Source: Eledone cirrhosa (Eukaryota). From it: a DNA stretch of 64,000 nt. The stretch lies in NCBI GenBank assembly GCA_964016885.1, contig OZ024745.1, positions 42,532,001-42,596,000 on the forward strand, read 5' to 3'. The notes under the pieces are model-generated. The model was not told the origin of the DNA and did not search any database. It worked only from the letters and a program-made list of their open reading frames with translations. Numbering within the stretch: position 1 is the first letter of the stretch; each line of letters opens with the position of its first letter. Shown here one piece after another: positions 25,976-41,686 of this stretch. A program made the translations under genes and the position numbers.

Positions 25976-27452
25976 CTCCCATGGAATGACAAAACGAGGT
26001 CTATTTTTCAAAATGGTACTAAAGAGTAGCAAACTAAGCTAAGGAAGGAACTTCTAAATAGTTGTTCAACCTGCTATAAATAATAACCATATCTCCCAGA
26101 GATGGCACTAGATAGGACACAAGATAATATTGTCCAATATACCACTAAAAACGACTTGATCCGCTTGATGAAGGTGAACCTGTGGCTAAACAACAAACGC
26201 CACTACAAGCATATCTTTCTCAAATAGCCCTAACTCCCATAAACACAAAACAAATCACATGACACATAAAATGGTCGTAAATAACACTTAAAAAGGCAAG
26301 AGGGTCAAGTCTGGAATCACTTTGATTATATGTTGCTCAATTAAGATGGCTGACCTGGAACTAAACAACAGGAATAACAAGCGTTGATTGTATCCCAACG
26401 CTCTTAATTTAAGTTCTGAATTTGCTTCACATTGAACTGCGGCTAAGAGAATGTATGTTTATGTGAGCATCTTTATAGACTGGTATGTATTTATGTGTGT
26501 ATGTAAGTATGTAACACAGTCCAGGGAGAATCGAATTCACGACATTATGATCGTAAATTCAACACCTTTAACACTAGGCCACGCGCCTTCACTATTTAGA
26601 AATTAGAGCTAATAAAAATGTCCTAAAATAGGTTTTTTTGGTGTCTTAACATTACTAACAAAACAAGAAGACAATTAATTTTTTTAAATGTAAACAAATA
26701 TGATGATCAAAAAATTCTAATGCCACTCACTCCCCGACAAACCAAAGAATTATGATGGGCCTGGGGAGGCTACGGATGCCATCAGGCTGCAGCCGTTATA
26801 TTGCGTGGATTTTATATATTTCACTATATATCTAATGAAGGCTTAAGGTCTTGAACCAACATATATACCTTTGTGTGTTTTGCCATGTTCGTTTGGCAGG
26901 GTGATTGCGATGCTTGCATTTATGTAATTGAATATATGTATATTTATATATATTTATATATATATGTGTATATGTGTGTGTTTGTATTAGTATGTGTCTA
27001 TATAAACACACACATACACACACACATGGTGGCTGCCAACTCGTTTTCGAGTACGGCCACTACTTTATATCCATGTAGGAGAACCCCTACTGATGCGCTG
27101 AACGAGTGTGACTTTTTAGTCCAGCCAGCGACTTGAAAACTCTGGTACAAACACTACACTTGTGACAATTACTGACACATAGTGCTGGGCCCATGGTACC
27201 ATGTGACGACAAGTGCAGAGAGATCTCCAGATATAAAGCAATGCCTGTGCCGTGAAGCTTTTATAGTGAGCAAAGGCACTGCACAAAGCCAGTCCCACTC
27301 TCTTAACCAAGATGATATTTACCAAAAAGAATAAGAAGTCAACATCATTGGATACCATCAGGGTTGCAGGTGTTATATCAGAGTTTTCCTTCTCCTAGAA
27401 TTCTGCCTTGACAACGGCTAAGGGGTCATCTCTCCCGGGAAACACACATACA

Positions 27453-27570
<118 letters not shown>

Positions 27571-27596
27571 TATATAACATATATAACATAATATTC

Positions 27597-27627
<31 letters not shown>

Positions 27628-27651
27628 GAATATTATGTTATATATGTTATA

Positions 27652-27844
<193 letters not shown>

Positions 27845-28130
27845 CACGCGGAGAACACCTAAACGAATTATTCAATATTCTAATCTCATTCAAATCGATT
27901 GAAACAAACCTAAATCGAACGTGAAATAAATTTCGTCTCCCAGAAACATTCAGATCTTGCCATCCATAATATTTCAGTGTGTTTGTCCTCTGAGCGTAGA
28001 CGGTTTTCCTCCTTTCTTTCTCTCTCTTTTCCAGACAAATTTTTATTTCGTTTACTTGAAATGTAAAGATTTTTCATTTCTACTTTTACCTATGTTTACA
28101 GACCCATTCACATTTATAACCACGTACATA

Positions 28131-28179
<49 letters not shown>

Positions 28180-28854
28180 AAACAAATATATACGTATATA
28201 GAGATATATATATAACAAATATATATCTACATATATATATATATATAACAAATATATATCTACATATATATATATATATAACAAATATATATCTACATAT
28301 ATATATATATATATAACAAATATACCTATGTCTATCTATCTATCTATCTCTCTCTAAATATATATATATATAAAACAAATTGAAATGATAAAATAGATTT
28401 CTTAAATCATTTAATAGCCTTACAAATGTTTCAATTCAAGTTATTTAACTAATGCTATTATAATTTAGTAAAAAGAGGGGAAGATATCTTGAGTATAACG
28501 AATCATCACTAAATATTGTACACCTTCAGAAGCAATATAAACGATTATAAAAGTACCTGGTAATCATCAAGCCCAAATAAAAAAAATAACTTACTTCTTT
28601 CTTCCTTTCTTAAACATCTCTTCTCTTCTATATTTCTCTCTATAATGCATAAACACATTGAGTTTGATAATATTGTTAATTGGCAATATTAATTATATAT
28701 AACACGTGGGATAAATAAAAACACAAAAATTCGAAAAGACGGACACATGGACAGTTCCCGCTCATCGGCTGTCTTCTGGGTATCATTATAGTTTCGGTTA
28801 TTTCAAAAGACCGGACTATTCTTCCCAGTGCATCAAGGGCGGTGGATCGGTCTT

Positions 28855-29045
28855 ATCGGTAAAACGCCGGGCAACGCCCTTTGCGGAATATAGTTACGGC
28901 CCTTTATGTGCTGATCATAAATCACGACGTGGTTAGCTTTGCTTTTCATCTTTACAGATCGATAAAATAAAGTACCAGTAACGCACTGGGGTCGATTTAA
29001 TCGACTTTCCCCCAAAATTGCTGGCCTTGTGCCTAAAACAGAGAC
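28855..29045 (+). mobile_element. SINE, same superfamily (diverged); another relic at about 29240-29385 (-)
   Basis: GATAAAATAAAGTACCAGT...GCTGGCCTTGTGCCTAAA. Confidence 0.75.
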
Positions 29046-29940
29046 CATTATAGTAATAAAATATATAAAACTAATGTATTCATCACTCGAAATCAAGTAT
29101 GACTTTGTAGTATGTATCATGCTTTCACTAAGGGTTTTACGTGCCCAGCAGTCGCGAACAGAAACAGACACTCTCTAGACTCTCTCTCCTTTGATCCTGA
29201 GGCACCTCCAAGTAGGGTCAGCTGGAAGGAGAGAAGGTTGCACTAGCACTGGGCTAGTATTTTCTTTAATAGACCAGAAAGAATGAAAGGTAAAATGTAC
29301 CTCCGTGGGACTCGAACATAGAACACAAAGACCCGAAAAAAATATCCTACGCTCTAACGACTCTACAAAATTGCCCGCCTTGTGAGAAGAGGTAGAGACT
29401 AAGATGTTGAGACAGGTAAAGTGGCCTCCTTACGAACGCTCTAGGCTTCTGTCTTAATAATCTGCGTCAATGAATTCGGTCAGGTGAAGTCATTGAGTGC
29501 AAACTTCTGTGTGGATCTAAATAGATATTTATCGACCATTTACGTAAAGTCTGTTTATCACAGTTTGCTCACTGAATATTTACCCGATTTTCCAATACAA
29601 CTACAGTTCATCTTAGTACCAGACATTGTGACAAAGTAATATATACCCGTTTCAACCCATGTCACGGTTTAGATGATTAGGTTTCAGTCAAGTAAGGCTA
29701 AGAAATATAATAAGGAAACGCCAACTATTGGGCAATACCGCTTTTACTGCAGCTGCTAACATAATTGGATTTAATTAACCTTACTTAATTAGTGGGTGTT
29801 CATTTTTTTTTTTTTTTTTTTTTCATTTTCTCCTAATACTCATAAATGTCTTTATCGCTGCAGGGAAGAGTTGCTAGCGGTTCATAATATTATATTAAAA
29901 GACTTCACCGTCATTGCCATCATCATCATCATCGCCAACA

Positions 29941-29942
<2 letters not shown>

Positions 29943-29971
<29 letters not shown>

Positions 29972-30043
29972 CTTCTTCTTCTTCTTCTTCTTCTTCTTCT
30001 TCTTCTTCTTCTTCTTCTTCTTCTTCTTCTTCTTCTTCTTCTT

Positions 30044-30072
<29 letters not shown>
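29943..30072. repeat. (TTC)n microsatellite
   Basis: Pure CTT run directly abutting the duplicated segment. Confidence 0.98.
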
Positions 30073-30074
<2 letters not shown>

Positions 30075-30650
30075 AATTTATTGAACTACTTACATATAAT
30101 AATTTACTATACAGAAAAATAAAAAGATAATTTGTAGCAAAGTACAGTGTTTGTTAGGCTGCACCTGTATATAATTGTATATTGAAAAGTAGACTGAAAA
30201 TATATCTTATTCTAAACTAAACGGTGAACTTAAGAAGCAATGCTCATTTATTAATTTTATAGAATGAGTCCAATTTTACCATTTCAATAATTTATTAAGA
30301 ATTTAGTTACAAGCTGAAGGAAAAAAAATATATATTCTGAATATGGGTAGAAGGAAATGTACAGCAAATAGAGATAGATTGGGTGTTGTGTCTATAGTGT
30401 AATTGCGCTCCCTGTAATTCCATATCGGCCGGTACTGTGTGTTTTTACTGTTGACCACAGTGACAGATACTGGTTAGATCCAACCCCAACACGAGTAGCT
30501 TTACTCTAAAGTTGATTTGGAATGCCTGTGCTTTTCTATGAGTTCAAATCCCGCCAAGGTTAACTTTGCCTTTCATCGTTACGGGGGCGATAAAATAAAG
30601 TACCAGTAATGCACTGGGTAATTGCTGGCCTTGTGCCAAAAGTAGAAACA
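30073..30650. repeat. Second copy of 22331-22907
   Basis: Near-identical sequence. Confidence 0.92.
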
Positions 30651-30829
30651 TTTAAATTTTCAACCCAGCAGGAGAATACAATCTCTATCTTGGATGGTAT
30701 TTGATGTGAACGATATTAAATGCCTCATTCCCCAATCTCACCTGATTGTTCATCTTAATATTTCACAAGTTGTAAACTTGGAGCTTAAATTGCCAGCAAA
30801 GTAAAAAATGAAACTCACCCACGAGGAAC

Positions 30830-30960
30830 TCTTTTTAGCAACAGTTCAATCTGTTTTGTTATATAGCTGTGAGACTTGGACACTTAGGCAGAAACCTGGA
30901 AATGAGCTCCTCATAATGTAATTTGTGCATGTTACGGACAGTTCTTAACATCACATGAAA
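30830..30960 (+). pseudogene. RTE LINE RT relic
   Basis: Translates LATVQSVLLYSCETWTL. Confidence 0.6.
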
Positions 30961-31269
30961 GAGCGCAACAACTCACATTTTTATAGTAGTCTGTCACCAT
31001 AAATTTATCTATTAGAGTTGTGGCTCTGAAGATTGCGATGGTTTCACGTGATTTAATTGAGAGGTTTCGGGGCTGATGCGAGTGAAGATGTCTGCATGTG
31101 AACTGTATCGCCTTTCTTTGTTTCCTTCTTCTTTTGTGTACCGACACACTTCTACTTGTCTTTCGATCATTTCTATATTTCATCTGCCTGTCACTCATCT
31201 TTTAGTTTGTCTCTCTGTCGTCCGCTGGCCGCTAGTCTCTGTCCTCCGAGACATTTTGCCCATTGCTGT

Positions 31270-32150
31270 CTTTGGCAGCATTTTGTTGTTTTAACGGCTG
31301 AGTCTTTGGTAGCATTTTGTTGTTTTAACGGCTGAGTCTTTGGTAGCATTTGGTTGCTTTAATGGCTGAGTCTTTGGTAGCATTTGGTTGTTTTAACGGC
31401 TGAGTCTTTGGTAGCATTTGGTTGTTTTAACGGCTGAGTCTTTGGTAGCATTTGGTTGTTTTAACGGCTGAGTCTTTGGTAGCATTTGGTTGTTTTAATG
31501 GCTGAGTCTTTGGTAGCATTTGGTTGTTTTAACGGCTGAGTCTTTGGTAGCATTTGGTTGTTTTAACGGCTGAGTCTTTGGTAGCATTTGGTTGTTTTAA
31601 CGGCTGAGTCTTTGGTAGCATTTGGTTGTTTTAACGGCTGAGTCTTTGGTAGCATTTGGTTGTTTTAATGGCTGAGTCTTTGGTAGCATTTGGTTGTTTT
31701 AACGGCTGAGTCTTTGGTAGCATTTGGTTGCTTTAATGGCTGAGTCTTTGGTAGCATTTGGTTGTTTTAACGGCTGAGTCTTTGGTAGCATTTGGTTGTT
31801 TTAACGGCTGAGTCTTTGGTAGCATTTTGTTGTTTTAACGGCTGAGTCTTTGGTAGCATTTGGTTGCTTTAATGGCTGAGTCTTTGGTAGCATTTGGTTG
31901 TTTTAACGGCTGAGTCTTTGGTAGCATTTGGTTGTTTTAATGGCTGAGTCTTTGGTAGCATTTGGTTGTTTTAACGGCTGAGTCTTTGGTAGCATTTTGT
32001 TGTTTTAACGGCTGAGTCTTTGGTAGCATTTGGTTGCTTTAACGGCTGAGTCTTTGGTAGCATTTGGTTGTTTTAATGGCTGAGTCTTTGGTAGCATTTG
32101 GTTGTTTTAACGGCTGAGTCTTTGGTAGCATTTGGTTGTTTTAATGGCTG
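31270..32150. repeat. 34-bp minisatellite, about 26 copies
   Basis: Unit TTTAACGGCTGAGTCTTTGGTAGCATTTGGTTGT, head-to-tail, no spacers. Confidence 0.97.
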
Positions 32151-32673
32151 TTCTAGTTATGAGTTTTCTCATTTCTATACGTATTCAAATACACTCTTGA
32201 TTCGTCTCGATCAGAGAAATCAATATGTTTTGATTATATATATAGATTGCATATTTGCATATTTGAATTCTAAAGAGTCTTCTCCGCAATCACGGGGTCC
32301 TGGATTTGATCTCATTGAATGAAATCTTTGGTAAGTTCCATCTATCATAGCCACGAGTCTACACAAGACTTATGAGTGGGGCTATGCAGTAATTTTATCT
32401 ATAATTCAAAACTCCAACATTGTCCCACAATGTGTCACACTGAATCAACCAAGATATTTCGTTAAAAGTACACATGCCCTTAGCCACATGCACCTTAATT
32501 TAACGAGTGAAACATTCAATGTCAAAGCCAATGAAGGCCCATTTGCTTTCATACATATGTAAATATTTATGTATGTATATATATATATGTGTGTGTGTAT
32601 GAGTGTTAGTGCATGTATGTTTAAGCATTTATATATATCCATATATAAATATGGATATATATATGCATATATA

Positions 32674-32719
<46 letters not shown>

Positions 32720-32723
<4 letters not shown>

Positions 32724-33095
32724 GTTTCAGTTTTTTTCTATGGGTTGTAAAATAAAAACTGAAAAAGTTTACACGTCCCTCTTGACCAGGATTGAACCCA
32801 AGGGCAGGATCTCCACCGTCTCTAACACCTACCGCTACGCCACAGAGACAACTACGAACATCGTATAAAAATTCATACTTATAAACCGACTTTCAAAATT
32901 TTCAAAACAAAATGTGGTGGTGTCGTTCATGTCTTTCTTAAAGTTATTGCTCCTACTTAAGGTCTAATTCTGAATCATTTGGGTGTTCCATAAACTACAT
33001 CCCCGTTTTGTTTCGCATCTATCTAGACTACATTTTAGCCTGTAATCCATGTTTCATTTCTGTTCCACTTTATTCCGCCCCACCCCCCACCCCTC

Positions 33096-33130
<35 letters not shown>

Positions 33131-33410
33131 ATGTAAAAGGTTAACAGAATAACAACACAATCGGTACAGTATGTGGAAGGGATATATTAGGTTAATGCTT
33201 GATATAGCAGGAAGAGGGTCTTAACGTTTCGGACGCTAGTCCTTCATCACAAGAAAGAATGAGAAATAAGATAGATTGAGGGGACGGGTGGAATGGAATA
33301 GGAAAAAAATGTCTTTAGATAAAAATAACAGGTCCATTCATGTTGACATCTCTTGCAAAACTGTTGGTGCTGGTGTTTTGTGTATGATTTATTATTTAGA
33401 AAAGTGGATA
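32720..33410 (-). repeat. Third copy of the hammerhead + Pol III cassette repeat (unit 1 only)
   Basis: Reverse complement of about 4055-4730. A box TGGCGTAGCGG, B box GGTTCAATCC. Abuts (TA)n. Confidence 0.88.
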
Positions 33411-33652
33411 TATTCTACTGACATGGCTTTAAAAATGAGGGTTGTTTGCATAATTGCAAACGAATCGAATATTATTACTAATATTCGAAAAACTCAGATT
33501 ACATATACATATGTATATATATATATATATATATTTACTTATATATATATATATATATATATATATTCTACTGACATGGTTTTAAAAATGAGGCCTGTTT
33601 GCATAATTGCAAACGAATCGAATATTATTATTAATATTTGAAAAACTCAGAT
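33411..33652. repeat. About 90-bp direct repeat separated by (TA)n, each unit with two palindromes
   Basis: 33411-33500 matches 33563-33652. GTTTGCATAATTGCAAAC and TCGAATATTATTACTAATATTCGA. Confidence 0.8.
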
Positions 33653-33939
33653 TAGATTTATATATGAATATATGTATATATAATTAAGTGACCAATAGAA
33701 TGGAGACAGATTCGGTTGTTTCCCCACTCACTCAATAATCTAATTAAGTCTGTATTGTAGATTATCATAATTCGAACCCAACAGAGTAGAGTGTAAACAT
33801 ACGTTAATCATCGAGGAAGACAACTTCGTGTGGTTAGGAATATTGAGATACCCGGACTGATGCACCAGTGTCTACGATTCCGTACTGCTGACGGTGGTCC
33901 GAGCGGAACCACCTTCTGCAAAAAGTTAGGTAATGTCAT

Positions 33940-34031
<92 letters not shown>

Positions 34032-34034
<3 letters not shown>

Positions 34035-34837
34035 GGTGTGTCAGAAAAGTTCCAGGACTGATGTCACAAAAGAATTATTTCAAACCCAAACTTCACACTA
34101 AGAGTTTTCTCCTTCAAAGTAATCCCCCTGAAGTATGTAACTGTAATCTTAGCTCTCTGCAGCGATCAAAGTTTGTTCTTCATAATTTTATATCCTCTGT
34201 TTCAGGTCGTCAAGCAATGAGCACAGAGCAACGAACAAACTTGAAAACTCCGTCACAAGCGCTGGAATTGCTGCAGCCAGTGTATGTCGATGAGACAATG
34301 TCACTCTCACGTGTTTTTGAGTGGTGCAAGAGGTTTAAAAAGGACGCGAGGACGTGGAAGATGACCCCAGGAGCGGAAGGCCCTCAACAACCAGGACTGA
34401 GGTCAACGTTGAGCGCATCAGGCAGATGGTGCGTAGCCATCGTCGGCTGACTGTTCGACTGATGGCAAATGAGCTGGGCATGAATCGGGACAGCGTCTGG
34501 AAGATTCTCACTGTGCCAGGACATCCTCGAGCATCTTGAAACCGAACCAGACTTGCTAGGGACAGTCATCACCGGTGATGAGTCATGGATCTTCGAGTAC
34601 GACCCGGAGAGGACCCGTTTTGAAGACGTGGACGACATCAAAAGGGCCATGACGACGGAACTGCGGAGGAACCCGAAAGAATCCTTCCAGGAGTGCATGC
34701 AAGCGTGACAGAAAAGGATGGAAAAGTGCATTAGACTCCAGGGGGATTATTTTGAAGGAGAAAACTCTTAGTGTGAAGTTTGGGTTTGAAATAAATCTTT
34801 TGTGACATCAGTACTGGAACTTTTCTGGCCCACCTCG
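34032..34837 (+). mobile_element. Non-autonomous mariner, copy 1
   Basis: TA-flanked, about 100-bp TIRs. Transposase relics EDDPRSGRPST, ITGDESW, GDYFEG. Extra deletion near 34512. Confidence 0.93.
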
Positions 34838-35144
34838 TATATTACGTATCTGGGGAACTTGCGAATCCAGCGTCAGGTTCGATCCACAAACAGATCGCAC
34901 CTCGAGCTGTTCACCGGAGAAACAATTGTAATACTTAATAAATTGTGTTCCGATGCATCACTGATTCTTCGTTTTCCATATTATTATACTCTGCTCCGAA
35001 GGAGCATAGAGTGCTCAACCGGCATACAGCCTATGGACGCATCCAAGCAACATTACTACAAATATATATATACAATATATTAATAAATGGAAACTATATT
35101 TATAAAACCATATTTATTTTATTATACATATTTCAAGGGCTACC

Positions 35145-35208
<64 letters not shown>

Positions 35209-35407
35209 TCTATATTTGTATGTTTTTATCTGAATTTATACAGGCATATACATAAATAGATAAATACATACATACATACCTTCATATATATATACATATA
35301 CATATATATATATATGTGTGTGTGTCTGCGCATGTGTGTATGTATTTCAGAATGCAATTATATATGTATGTCAAATATTGTGAACGAACAAGGAAACATG
35401 GTAAGCC

Positions 35408-35600
35408 ATAATTGTTTCTACTTTAGGCACAAGGCCAGCAAATACCCAGTACATTACTGGTACTTTATTTTATCGACCCCGTAAGGATGAAAGGCATAGT
35501 CAACCTCGGCGGGATTTGAACTCGGATCGTAAAGGGACGTAACTATGCTGGAAAGCATGGCGTCCGACCCTCTACCGATACTGCCAATCCACCGCCCTGC
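35408..35600 (-). mobile_element. SINE, same family as 20999-21190
   Basis: Direct similarity. Confidence 0.85.
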
Positions 35601-35989
35601 CAATCCACCATAATAATGGTGCATACTTAGAAGTAACCCTTATACATAACAAGGTATTGGAATGAAACTTATGTTATACCTTCCAGCTATGTGATTGTCA
35701 TGCAGAATATGTGTGCTTATGTGTGTTTATCTGGGAGTTCGTCTGTGTGGTTTTTCGAATCATATATAATCCCCTATATTTATTTATGTATGTGTATATT
35801 TATGTATGTATGTGTATATTTATGTATGTATATTTATGTATGTATGTGTGTATATTTATGTTTGTATGTTTATATATATATTTATATATATATATATATA
35901 TAAATACTTATATATATATATATTTATATATATATATATATAAATATATATATATATAGAGATATATATAGATATATTTATATAAATAT

Positions 35990-36058
<69 letters not shown>

Positions 36059-36111
36059 TAGATATATATTTATATAAATATATATATATAGATATATATA
36101 TATTTATATAA

Positions 36112-36160
<49 letters not shown>

Positions 36161-36244
36161 GGGGAGAGAGAGACATACATTCATACAGAGTGTCATTAAC
36201 TCATGTACATAGACACACACACAAATATAGACAAGTGCTTGTGC

Positions 36245-36331
<87 letters not shown>

Positions 36332-36565
36332 TGAGTGTGTCTGTGTGTGTAACGAGTGGGGGCATGAAATAAAATTGACAGTTTCTGTAAAGTAAAGATA
36401 AATAGTTTTGAAAAATTATAAATAAACATGTTTTATATATAATTTCTTTTATCAATGCTGTGTCTGCACACAATAGGACAATCGATAGATACATGGCTTT
36501 TTTTACTTCCTCACCTTTCACGCTCCCCCTATATACATAGGTGTGTGTGTCGAGAAATACGTACT

Positions 36566-36609
<44 letters not shown>

Positions 36610-36644
36610 ATATATATAAGTGCATACATACATATATATATATG

Positions 36645-36720
<76 letters not shown>

Positions 36721-36740
36721 TATCTATATATACATACATA

Positions 36741-36812
<72 letters not shown>

Positions 36813-36813
36813 C

Positions 36814-36855
<42 letters not shown>

Positions 36856-36904
36856 GAATATATATATATATATATATATATACAGAGAGAGGGGGGCGAG
36901 AGAC

Positions 36905-36966
<62 letters not shown>

Positions 36967-37024
36967 ATAATTATAGGAATAAAGATTAACAAAAACAACG
37001 AACAACGATCAACAACGTGCAAAA

Positions 37025-37221
<197 letters not shown>

Positions 37222-37759
37222 CACAACATGTTCATATACAAATATAAATGCATAAATGTTTTAATAAGAAAACGTTTCTTTGATGAGGAAGAAAGGCCAG
37301 CCTAAGATACTAAGCAGCGTTTATGAAGCAGTTCTGGCGACATAGCTAATTTAAGCGAAACCCAAGTGACGTTATATGCGTGCACAGAACGCCTGGTTGA
37401 ACTTCCATGTTGTTTCGATAGTTGGGTTGGGTTGGTAGAGGACATGAGAGTTGGTGGGGGGTCGGATGGGTTTGGTAGAGTGACAGCTAAAGAGACAAAA
37501 TCTAAACAACAGAGCTTCATATACAAAACATAGCAAAAGCGAAGCTAAACACTGAAATCATTAAAAAAAAAACAAAAAAGACGAAAAAAATAAAAGTTTA
37601 AAAAAGAAAAAGAAAGACAAGAAGGAAAAGTGCCAATATATTTGCAGGCGTTTGTTATATGAAGTACATATTGCTTGTTCATGCGTGAATGAAATTATGT
37701 TGAAGAGTGAGTGAGAGGTGGTTGCAATGGGTGAAGGGGAGATGCAGTTAAGATATAGG

Positions 37760-37830
<71 letters not shown>

Positions 37831-37859
37831 TTTGTTTGTGTATGTACATTCATATGTGA

Positions 37860-37900
<41 letters not shown>

Positions 37901-37924
37901 TATATAATATATATATATACACAC

Positions 37925-38028
<104 letters not shown>

Positions 38029-38134
38029 TATATATACATATATATATATCTATGTATATGTATATATATTTGTATATATATATATTATATGCACATATAT
38101 GTATATATACATAAATATGCACATATATACACAC

Positions 38135-38233
<99 letters not shown>

Positions 38234-38578
38234 ATAGTGTGTATGTGTATACAACACCATGGTTTGGTGAGATACTGATCACACACACACATGTGCATGT
38301 GAGTATGTACGCATGTGTATATGTATGGGTATGTGCAACCTGCCTCTGTGCCCATGTGTATGTGTGTCTGTCTGGCAGTCGGGTGGGGTGGGGGAGATAC
38401 CAGACAGACGGACAGACAGACAAATGAACAAACTCATTCAAATTGTGACAGAAGCAAAAAGAAAGTAAAATTTAGAAAAAACGAAAGAGAAAAGAAATGA
38501 AAATGAGGTGAATGAGAGGAAAGACTTTATATATACACTTATATATATATATATACATATATATATATGTATATATAA

Positions 38579-38657
<79 letters not shown>

Positions 38658-38887
38658 GTATAATAAACAATACAATATAATTACCTCATTACCAGAGGTT
38701 TCCCGAATAAGATGAATACGAAAAACGTCCTCATTCGTTCGTCGGACAAGGCAATTTAAAACATAGTGAAATATTTGAAAAGTCTTCTCAAGAAATGCAA
38801 AAAATATATAAATAAATGTAATGCAAGAGATATATAAAAAATAAGTCCCCCTATTAAATCTTATATCATCAATAAGAAATCAGAGAA

Positions 38888-39371
38888 CATCAAAATTGCT
38901 CCTGTAGAGTCAAAAGTGCATGCCCATTACAAGGTAAATGCAACACCAAAGCCATTCTATATGCGGCTAAAGTGACAACCATCAGCAACAACCAACCAGC
39001 CACCAGCGAACGATATGTGGGTATGACACAAGACAAATTCAAAACGCGTTATTACTCACATGTCGCATCTTTCCGACATCCAGAAAAAAAGATTCACAAC
39101 AGCTCTGGCTAGCAGAATATGGGATTTGAAAGACCAAGGTATCCAATATAAATTGGATTGGTCAATTTTGAACCAATCTAAAGAATATGCAAGAAGAACA
39201 AGATGTACACTCTGCATAATTGAAAAATACTGGATTTTACAGAACCTTAAATCACCAAAAACCTGCCTAAATACAAAAACAGAAATTTTCACCTGTTGCC
39301 CACATATGAAATCACACTTGCTTTCCAGCTCATATAAACTTAACTCACTTTCAGATACTTATCCTCCATAA
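38888..39371 (+). pseudogene. PLE GIY-YIG endonuclease C-terminus
   Basis: NCSCRVKSACPLQGKC...ILY...YVGMT...FKTRYYSH, a frameshift in the A-run near 39085, then TALASRIWDLK...CTLCIIEK...LNTKTEIFTCCPH. Confidence 0.9.
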
Positions 39372-40610
39372 ACTCTTATTCTTCACTTTCCTTAAATTAT
39401 CCTCTTTACAGACTTCTCTTTCTGATTTACTTTCATTTTTAACTTTATTTTTTATTTTATTTTTTTTATTTTTACTTCACATCCACCAGTAACCCCCCCC
39501 CCCACCTACTTTTCGATTCACTTACCTAATATCTTCACATTCCACATTTTACTTCCCCATTTTCTTTCACTATCTGATAATACATGTCACTTGCGTTTTC
39601 CACCCCAGATATATTCTGTTGTTTCGCAGCCGATTTTATATTTGTACTCATTTATTCATACGGTTGGTTTATAATCTGTATATATGTGTGTGAGTGTGCT
39701 TATGTGCGTATACGTTCTGTATATGTATACGAACGCCTCCGTATGTGTGCGTGCGTACGTATATATATGTGTGTGTATGTGTGTTTTTATATCTATGTTT
39801 TTTTATATCTATGTTTTTTACATACTTATTTATACGTGTGTGTGTATGCGGGTGAATGTATGTGTATGTGTATGTATATGTGTGTATATGTATATGTATG
39901 TATGGGTGTGTATGTATATATGTATATATATAGTCGCGTACGCACGTGTGATTAGATATACATGTGGCGATATATATATACGTGCCTCGTGTGTATGTAT
40001 GTACGCATGCATGCGCTTTTGTCTGTACGTATTTGTGTGTATAAATATATTTTATATATATATATATATGTGTGTGTACGTGCGTACCTGTTTGTTTTCT
40101 TTTCTCTAGTGTTAATTGATTACTTTCTCTGTGATTTAAACATTTTTTTTTTCATTCTCATATATTGTTTCATTTTTATACATATATCGAGAATGACACT
40201 TCGTTTTACTATTACACTCCCTTCCCTCTTTATCTTCCGCATATAAGTGACCGCACGTGTGTTTGTGTTTATACGCGTGCTTTCATACTCGTATGTGTAT
40301 TTAATACCTGTATCTGGATGCGTGTCAACTATATTATCATACAATTTCTTTTTCAACTCATATTATAGACGTATTTGTGGTCACATATACACAAATATAC
40401 TTGCCCTCATATATGTACTAACGCACACATTTTCACCATACACATGCATTTGTACATACACACATATGTACATTTGTGAGTGTATATACATACATATACA
40501 CATACCCTAACTATATTTCCTTATTTTTTATATATCTCTTGCATTACTTTTATTTATATATTTTTTGCATTTCTTGATGAGACTTTTCAAATATTTCACT
40601 ATGTTTTAAA

Positions 40611-40684
40611 TTGCCTTGTCCGACGAACGAATGAGGATGTTTTTCGTATTCGTCTTATTCGGGAAACCTCTGGTAATGAGGTAA
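40611..40684 (+). ncRNA. Type I hammerhead (U4C variant); inverted copy at 38681-38754
   Basis: Stem I TTGCCTTGT/ATGAGGTAA, CCGACGA, stem II CGAATGAG/CTTATTCG, GAAA, stem III ACC-TCT-GGT, GTA triplet. Confidence 0.8.
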
Positions 40685-40785
40685 TTATATTGTATTGTTT
40701 ATTATACATAAAATTTTGCTCTGGCACTTACATAGAGCACTCTTCACTCCTATGGCTTTTTCAATTTTCAACGGAAACTTCAATA

Positions 40786-40867
<82 letters not shown>

Positions 40868-40874
40868 TATATAT

Positions 40875-41174
<300 letters not shown>

Positions 41175-41448
41175 ATATATATGTATATATATATGCATAT
41201 ATATATTTTTATATATGTATATATATAAATATATATTTCGTTTCTGAATTTGTTTAGCAAGATTCTTTATTTGAAAACGTGTGTTGAAACCGATATTGTT
41301 ATACTTTGGGAGGGTCGTGTTGCCAATAAGAAACACACTCACCAGTTGCTTTCACTCCAATTTATTATTAATTAAATTATAAATTTAAAAAAATTATAAA
41401 TTTCCGGTTGGCTGGTTGGTTCCACAACCGGATGGTTGTTCATATATT

Positions 41449-41491
41449 GTCAAAGTTCTTTCGTCACACATTCTGTGACCTCATCAGTGAC
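41449..41491 (-). ncRNA. Minimal type I hammerhead; inverted copy at about 42949-42992 (+)
   Basis: GTCA-CTGATGA-G-GTCAC-AGAATGT-GTGAC-GAAA-GAAC-TT-TGAC. Confidence 0.7.
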
Positions 41492-41686
41492 CGGGGATTC
41501 TTTTCTTTGTTTTGTGCCTCTCCTTTATTCTGTCATACGCCATCTTGTTTTTGTGTGTGTTGTGTGCTTAGTTTGCGCATGGGTTACGTCAGGGTGTCTG
41601 TGTGTGTTTTTATTTGTTTATTTATTTGTTTATTTACATGTTACTAGTTGGTTGTTTGTTCTATGTGTGTGTGTTTTCATTTTGTC

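Larger units (their letters stand above)
38652..40790 (+). mobile_element. 5'-truncated Naiad-like Penelope element with inverted 5' pLTR
   Basis: (TA)n, inverted pLTR 38652-38845, GIY-YIG coding end, long 3' UTR, pLTR with hammerhead 40515-40790, (TA)n. Confidence 0.9.

Noticed and set aside
31270-32150. CRISPR-like 34-bp repeat array
   Set aside because: Units are contiguous with no unique spacers, there are no cas genes, and the context is eukaryotic.
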